Source: Candidatus Eiseniibacteriota bacterium (lineage in GTDB: Bacteria > Eisenbacteria > RBG-16-71-46). From it: a stretch of 64,000 nucleotides of DNA. Each line of letters starts with the position of its first letter. The stretch's first letter is position 1. The stretch covers positions 224,001 through 288,000 of the forward strand of contig OY970178.1 in assembly GCA_963707915.1 (NCBI GenBank), given 5' to 3'. The notes under the pieces were generated by a model. The model was not told the DNA's origin. It ran no database searches and saw nothing but the letters and a program-made list of their open reading frames with translations. The translations under genes were made by a program, and so were the position numbers. Below are positions 59,167 to 64,000 of the stretch, piece by piece.

Positions 59167-60458
59167 CGCACCACCACCACGGCGCGGGTCTGCCGGCTCA
59201 GGTTGGGCTCGATGACCAGCCGCACGACGTAGACCCCGGGAGGCACGATCTGGCCCGACGCGTCCCGGCCATCCCAGGTGTCCAGCGCCGGGGCGACGTA
59301 GCAGCCCGGGCAGCCCGCGCTGACCCTGCGCTGGTTGCTGATGTACAGGTTGCGCACGAAGCGGCCGCGCATGTCGAAGACGTTCGCGGTGAGATCCATC
59401 GTGCGCTCGGGGTCGTTCGGGCCGAGGCGCGGCGTGATGTCGAAGCGGAAGTCGAGCCGCTCTCCGCGATCGGGGGCGAACGCCGGGCGGCTGAACTCGA
59501 GCTCGGCGAGCCCGAAGCGCACGGGCACGATCGGGACCGGGAAACGGAAGCGGAAGCGCCCCGGCTCCAGGCGGTCGGTCGGCGAGACGCCCCAGTCCGG
59601 GAAGCCGTCCGGGGCGCCGCGCCCGGGGCCCACGTCGTCCTTCAGGTCGAGGGCGATCTCGGCGAAGTTGTCGATGTAGACGAAGGCGGAGCCGTCGCTG
59701 GTGTGGCCGCGCGTGTTGTCGGGGGCCGAATCGGGGCCGCCGGTGTTGTCCCCGCCGGCCGTGATGGCGGCGCAGAGCTTGAGCCGGCGCTGCCCGGGCG
59801 GGAACCAGCGCAGCGTGTCGGTCCGGCCGCCGACCGTGACCACCGAGTCGCGCGTCTCGGGATCGTTCGCGAACACCACCTTCCAGGGGATCGCCATCTC
59901 CATCGCGCGGCCGTCGCGGTCCTGGGAGAACGTCGAAGCGGCGCTGAACGGCCCGCTGCCGACCTGCTGGTCGGTCACCTGCGTCCCGCCGTTCGCGATG
60001 ACGAGGTGGGGGGTCGGGTTGTTGTCCCAGGTCGCCCCGAACAGGTCGGGCGCGAAATCGTTGTCGTGCGCCGCGTCCGACACGTCGAAGCTGAAGTTGC
60101 GCGACCAGGAGTTGAGGCCGCTCATCGTGGTCAGGCCCTGGCCCGGGATCGCGTCCACCCAGATCACGAGGTTGTTGCCCCAGATCTTCGCTTCGCCCGC
60201 GAGGTAGAGGCTGTCCGCGTCCCAGGTGACCAGGACCTGGGTGACGTCGTTGTTGACCCCCCACTTCGAATCGTCGATCGGTTCTTCGGGCAGCTTCAGG
60301 GTCGCGTTGTAGCCGAAGATCCGCTCGTCCGCGGCCCAGTCGCTGGTGGCGCCGTCGATGACGATGCGCTGGCCCATGTCGCGGGCGGTCGTGGCGCCGA
60401 GCGGGGAGGGGAGCAGGAGTGGGAGCAGCAGGAAGGGGGCGGCCAGCGCGCGTCTCAT
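59163..60458 (-). CDS. Secreted DOMON/CBM9-like protein with FlgD-Ig/T9SS-like C-terminal domain
   Basis: Signal peptide; IVIDG..SDW, VTWDADSLYL, EMAIPW; C-terminal VFDMRGRFVRNL...WDGRDASGQIVPPGVYVVRL. Confidence 0.75.
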   Translation of the reverse strand: MRRALAAPFLLLPLLLPSPLGATTARDMGQRIVIDGATSDWAADERIFGYNATLKLPEEPIDDSKWGVNNDVTQVLVTWDADSLYLAGEAKIWGNNLVIWVDAIPGQGLTTMSGLNSWSRNFSFDVSDAAHDNDFAPDLFGATWDNNPTPHLVIANGGTQVTDQQVGSGPFSAASTFSQDRDGRAMEMAIPWKVVFANDPETRDSVVTVGGRTDTLRWFPPGQRRLKLCAAITAGGDNTGGPDSAPDNTRGHTSDGSAFVYIDNFAEIALDLKDDVGPGRGAPDGFPDWGVSPTDRLEPGRFRFRFPVPIVPVRFGLAELEFSRPAFAPDRGERLDFRFDITPRLGPNDPERTMDLTANVFDMRGRFVRNLYISNQRRVSAGCPGCYVAPALDTWDGRDASGQIVPPGVYVVRLVIEPNLSRQTRAVVVVR

Positions 60459-60503
60459 GCGGTCCTCGGGTCACGGTGGGCGAGAACACGCACCGTGCCA
60501 CGC

Positions 60504-60532
60504 ATAATGCCCGCCGGCCTGCGGAGGGTCAA
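60504..60532 (-). promoter_or_regulatory. Sigma70-like promoter for the minus-strand alpha-glucan operon
   Basis: TTGACC-17 nt-CATTAT on the minus strand, about 45 nt upstream of the ATG at 60458. Confidence 0.6.
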
Positions 60533-60589
60533 GTCCCGGGGCCCGATCGCGGACGCGGCCGCGCGCCCCTGCGGGGCGCCGGTCCGTGG

Positions 60590-60619
60590 TTGCCGGGGTC
60601 GCGATGCGCGGAATATAAT
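60590..60619 (+). promoter_or_regulatory. Sigma70-like promoter for the divergent gene
   Basis: TTGCCG-18 nt-TATAAT. Confidence 0.6.
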
Positions 60620-60742
60620 CAGGCGGCCTGACCGCTCCCGTGCCGCAGGTTTCGCGGCCGGGCCGGCATGCGCCCGATCGGGCTCGGCGCGCTGCCGGAT
60701 CGTCGTGCTCCCAAGGGACCGCCCGGCTGGAGACTCCCCGCG

Positions 60743-63241
60743 ATGAGACTGCTACGCCCCCTGCTCCTGGCCTCCTGCCTCCTGGTCGCTGCCGCGCCGG
60801 CGCTCGCCTACGACGCGCAGACCATCACGGTGGACGGCGTCAACGACTTCGTGCCCTCGAACCTGGTGAGGGACGACCGCTACGACACGCAGCGCTTCTT
60901 CTGCTCGCCCGACTCGGTCTTCCCGCTCGACATCGGACGGGTGTTCGTGACCAACGACAACAACTTCCTGTACATCGGCTTCGACTGGCCGCACAAGTGG
61001 AACTGCTACGACAAGAGCCCGAAGCCGAACCTCGGCATCGCCATCGACGTCAACACCGCGGCCGGCGGCACGACCGACCCGTGGGGGCGCAAGATCGGCT
61101 GGGCGAACGTCCCGAACAAGCCCGACTTCGTGGTCTACGACGTGCCGAAGAACCCGGAGGACGCCTACCACTTCCAGGTGATGTACAAGTGGACCGGTAC
61201 GGCGTGGGGCGACAGCACGAGGCTGGTGAACGGCGTGGGCTCGGGCCCGAACGCGCTGGGCATGGTGGACACCACCGGCTTCGTCGAGTTCAGGCTGCCG
61301 CTCGCGGCGCTGGGCGTCACCTCGGGTGCGCAGCTCAACCTGGAGTGGTGGTACACCCAGGACGGCGGCAACAAGGGCCCGCTCGACGCGGCCATGAGCA
61401 GTGACGTGCAGATGTCGAGTTTCCCGAGCCGGACGGCGTGGGACACGACGGTGGTCGTGCAGATGACCGCCATGGCCCCGTACACCGTGCTGGCCTTCAA
61501 CGACGTCACCCCGCCCACGGTGAGCCAGGCGGTGGCGGCGAACTTCCCGCTGCTGGCCGACAAGCAGTTCGGCCTGAGCACCAACAAGATCGACGTGACC
61601 TTCAACGAGCCGGTGGAGCAGGCCTCGGCGAACATCGCGGCCAACTACGTCTTCAGCGGCCCGGTCTCGCGCACCGTCATCGCGGCCTCCCGCGACCTTG
61701 CCGCACCGACCGTCGTGCACCTGCTGCTCACGTCGGCCATCCAGGCGAACGCCGCCTTCTACAACATCACCGTGAACAACGTGAGGGACCTGGCCAGCAA
61801 CACCATCGTGTCGGATGGCATCACCAACGTGGGCTCGTTCTTCATCCAGGACCTGGTCTTCAACGTCGATCCCGCCGTGGCGCTCTGCCGGGCCACGGTC
61901 GCGGCCGGCGACACGTTCGCGGTCGAGGGGAGCCTGGCGCCCCTGACCATGGCCAGCCTGTGCGACAACGGCCTGATGTACGACGGCGACGCGAACCTGG
62001 TCTGGAGCACGACCGTACCCTTCGCGATGCCGAAGAACGCCGTCAGCGGCAAGGCGGAGGCCGACCTCGAGTACAAGTACTCGCACAAGTGCGGCTTCGA
62101 GAGCGGCGCCAACCGCACCTACCACCTGTCCAGCGACAACGGCGCGAGCGTGCCACTGACCGACGCCTGGAACCGGGACAACCCGGCGGACTTCACGGCC
62201 CAGGCGGTGGACGTGATCTTCCAGGTGAACGCCGCGCGGGTCACGCCGACGCCGGCCGATACGATCTACCTGCAGGGGAACGAGTCGCCGTTGAGCTTCA
62301 CGCCCGCCGGGCTGGCGATGGCGGACGACGGCGTGGCTCCCGACCTGGCCGCGGGGGACGGCATCTACACGCGGAAGGTGCGTTTCCCGAGGTGCGCGCG
62401 GAAGAACGCCGAGTGGAAGGTCTTCTACCGGGGCGCGTTCGAGTGCTTCCAGCAGGGCAACCGAACGGTCTGGATCAACGATGCCGCCTACGACACGGTG
62501 GGCGGGGCGATGGGGCCGCTCTGGCTGCCGGCCCGCGGCATCGAGCGCTGCTCGGTGACGGACAAGCCGGTGACGGTGGTGTTCAGCGTGAGCATGTTCC
62601 CCCAGCCGCCGGCCGCGGACACCGTGGCGGTGCTGGGCAGCATCGCCCCCCTGGTGTGGGATCTGCCCATCGTCTCGCAGGCCCGCCTGAACGACGCGGG
62701 GGTGGCGTTCGACCAGGTGGCGGGCGACCGCCTCTGGACCGCCGGCGTCACCTTCCCGGACAGTTCGAACCTGAACCTGGAGTTCAAGTTCTGGCACAAC
62801 GGCATCCTCGAGTGCTTCGGGATGGGCAACCGGACCATGACCCTCGACGACGTGCTCTACTCCACGGCGACGCCCCAGGTGCGGCCGCCGAGCGTCTGGG
62901 ACTACTGCAGTGACGCCACGACCGGGGTGCTGGACGGACCGCGTCCGCAGGAGCCGCCGGCGGGCTTCGCGGTGCTCAACCAGAGCTTCCCCAACCCGAT
63001 GAGCCCGCGCACCACGATCCGCTTCGACCTCAGGCGCGCCGGCGTGGTGACGCTGTCGGTCTACGACGTGACGGGGCGGCGGGTCGCCACGCTGGTGAGC
63101 GGCGAACTCCAGGCCGGCCCGCACGACGTGCGCTGGGACGGCCGGGACGACGTCGGCAACCGGCTGCGCAGCGGCGTGTACCTCTGCGAGCTGGCCATGG
63201 GCAAGGACCGCCTCAGTCGCCGGATCGTGATCACGCGGTAA
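60743..63241 (+). CDS. Secreted multidomain carbohydrate-binding protein (DOMON-like, Ig-like, ~3 CBM20-like modules, FlgD-Ig/T9SS-like CTD)
   Basis: Signal peptide; ITVDG, VTNDNNFLYIG, VEFRLPL; repeated V.F.V.....GS.APL.W...D.G...D..AGD..W/Y...EY/FK modules; QSFPNP...WDGRDD.G....SGVY. No catalytic motif recognised. Confidence 0.75.
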   Translation: MRLLRPLLLASCLLVAAAPALAYDAQTITVDGVNDFVPSNLVRDDRYDTQRFFCSPDSVFPLDIGRVFVTNDNNFLYIGFDWPHKWNCYDKSPKPNLGIAIDVNTAAGGTTDPWGRKIGWANVPNKPDFVVYDVPKNPEDAYHFQVMYKWTGTAWGDSTRLVNGVGSGPNALGMVDTTGFVEFRLPLAALGVTSGAQLNLEWWYTQDGGNKGPLDAAMSSDVQMSSFPSRTAWDTTVVVQMTAMAPYTVLAFNDVTPPTVSQAVAANFPLLADKQFGLSTNKIDVTFNEPVEQASANIAANYVFSGPVSRTVIAASRDLAAPTVVHLLLTSAIQANAAFYNITVNNVRDLASNTIVSDGITNVGSFFIQDLVFNVDPAVALCRATVAAGDTFAVEGSLAPLTMASLCDNGLMYDGDANLVWSTTVPFAMPKNAVSGKAEADLEYKYSHKCGFESGANRTYHLSSDNGASVPLTDAWNRDNPADFTAQAVDVIFQVNAARVTPTPADTIYLQGNESPLSFTPAGLAMADDGVAPDLAAGDGIYTRKVRFPRCARKNAEWKVFYRGAFECFQQGNRTVWINDAAYDTVGGAMGPLWLPARGIERCSVTDKPVTVVFSVSMFPQPPAADTVAVLGSIAPLVWDLPIVSQARLNDAGVAFDQVAGDRLWTAGVTFPDSSNLNLEFKFWHNGILECFGMGNRTMTLDDVLYSTATPQVRPPSVWDYCSDATTGVLDGPRPQEPPAGFAVLNQSFPNPMSPRTTIRFDLRRAGVVTLSVYDVTGRRVATLVSGELQAGPHDVRWDGRDDVGNRLRSGVYLCELAMGKDRLSRRIVITR

Positions 63242-63270
63242 GCGGGGGAGGGCGCGGAGGCACACCGGGA

Positions 63271-63305
63271 GGGCGCCCGCCCCGGGGCGGGCGCCTTCCC
63301 CTTCC
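63271..63305 (+). terminator. Terminator hairpin
   Basis: GGGCGCCCGCCC...GGGCGGGCGCCT followed by a pyrimidine run. Confidence 0.5.
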
Positions 63306-63408
63306 CGGGTCGGCCGGCGCCTCGGGCCGGGTGAAATGCCCCGCGCGAGGTCGGCGCCGCGGCGAGTCTCCCGTGGCTGGCCGGGGCGAAGACGCGGTGT
63401 CCGGCGTC

Positions 63409-63437
63409 TTGGAAGGCGTCCGCGCTCCTGATACAAT
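63409..63437 (+). promoter_or_regulatory. Sigma70-like promoter with extended -10
   Basis: TTGGAA-17 nt-TACAAT with TGn upstream of the -10. Confidence 0.55.
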
Positions 63438-63658
63438 CGTACGGCGTTCGTCCGGGATGGCGTGCGGACGGCCTTCCGGTTGGTCGCTGGCCCTGGGGAG
63501 GTGTCGCTCTACGGTCCTGACGGCTGCACCTGCCTGCGGAACGGATCTCACATCACTGCACTCGCTCACGTTCTTCGGAACGGGTCCCGTACGGCCACAC
63601 GGGTCTGGCCGCCGACGGGGCCATGCTGGATCCCGTCCGACCCGGTGGAGACTCCTCG

Positions 63659-64000
63659 ATGAAGTTCCTGCGCTACTCCCTCTCCGCCCTCTGCCTGCTC
63701 GCCGCCCTCGGCTTCGCCGCCGACGCCCAGGCTGCGATCGGCTGGGCCGGCAACGTCTGGCCGCTCCACAACTCCGTCCAGGTCCCGACCGGTCCGGTCA
63801 CCGTGTACGCCCAGGCCTGGAAGGGTGGGGTCACCGATTCGCCCGGACAGGGCGCCGGCATCTCGGCCGAGCTGTTCTACAAGACCGACATCGCCCCGAC
63901 CGAAGTCAGCGTCGCGATGGCCTACCAGGGTGACGTCGGCAGCAACGACGAGTACAAGGGCGACGTGCCCCAGAGCGCCCTCGCCGGCGCCGCGTGGGTC
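63659..64000 (+). CDS. Secreted protein, N-terminal part only (runs off the window); probably alpha-glucan related
   Basis: Manual translation MKFLRYSLSALCLLAALGFAADAQA-AIGWAGNVWP...VTVYAQAWKGGVTD...GDVGSNDEY; GGAG RBS; open to the window end. Confidence 0.7.
   Translation, partial: MKFLRYSLSALCLLAALGFAADAQAAIGWAGNVWPLHNSVQVPTGPVTVYAQAWKGGVTDSPGQGAGISAELFYKTDIAPTEVSVAMAYQGDVGSNDEYKGDVPQSALAGAAWV

Overview
High-GC diderm bacterial chromosome segment. Omp85 and beta-barrel proteins, lipoproteins, many secreted proteins ending in FlgD-Ig/T9SS-like C-terminal domains and a short (S/T)(W/F)GxLKxxY tail suggest an FCB-related lineage such as Candidatus Eisenbacteria (inference only). Housekeeping and metabolic genes: mtnA plus a class II aldolase, S46 peptidase, TMTC-like protein, malQ, glutamine synthetase, PP2C phosphatase, nfuA, osmC, sucA-sucB-lpdA and dedA. 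Three IS elements have mappable ends: an IS256, an IS481 splitting an FG-GAP gene, and an IS110/IS1111 inserted in a stop codon. Most notable: (1) a ~19 kb alpha-glucan (starch/glycogen) locus with no SusC/SusD or LamB in the window, built from two uncharacterised beta-barrels (one fused to a glycogen-binding domain), a PorV/PorP-like barrel paired with a CTD cargo protein, SusE-like and single-CBM lipoproteins, a LolA-fold lipoprotein with three glycogen-binding domains and a signal-peptide GH13; (2) archaeal-type gatE-gatD in a bacterium; (3) an intact three-gene 2-oxoacid:ferredoxin oxidoreductase-like operon whose TPP, substrate and NAD(P)H motifs are eroded while Fe-S and FAD ligands are kept; (4) a low-GC candidate secreted toxin/immunity pair; (5) an unannotated 18-codon Trp-Trp leader peptide with attenuator-like hairpins. 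Family calls come from motif recognition by eye; no searches were run. No rRNA, tRNA or CRISPR array was seen.
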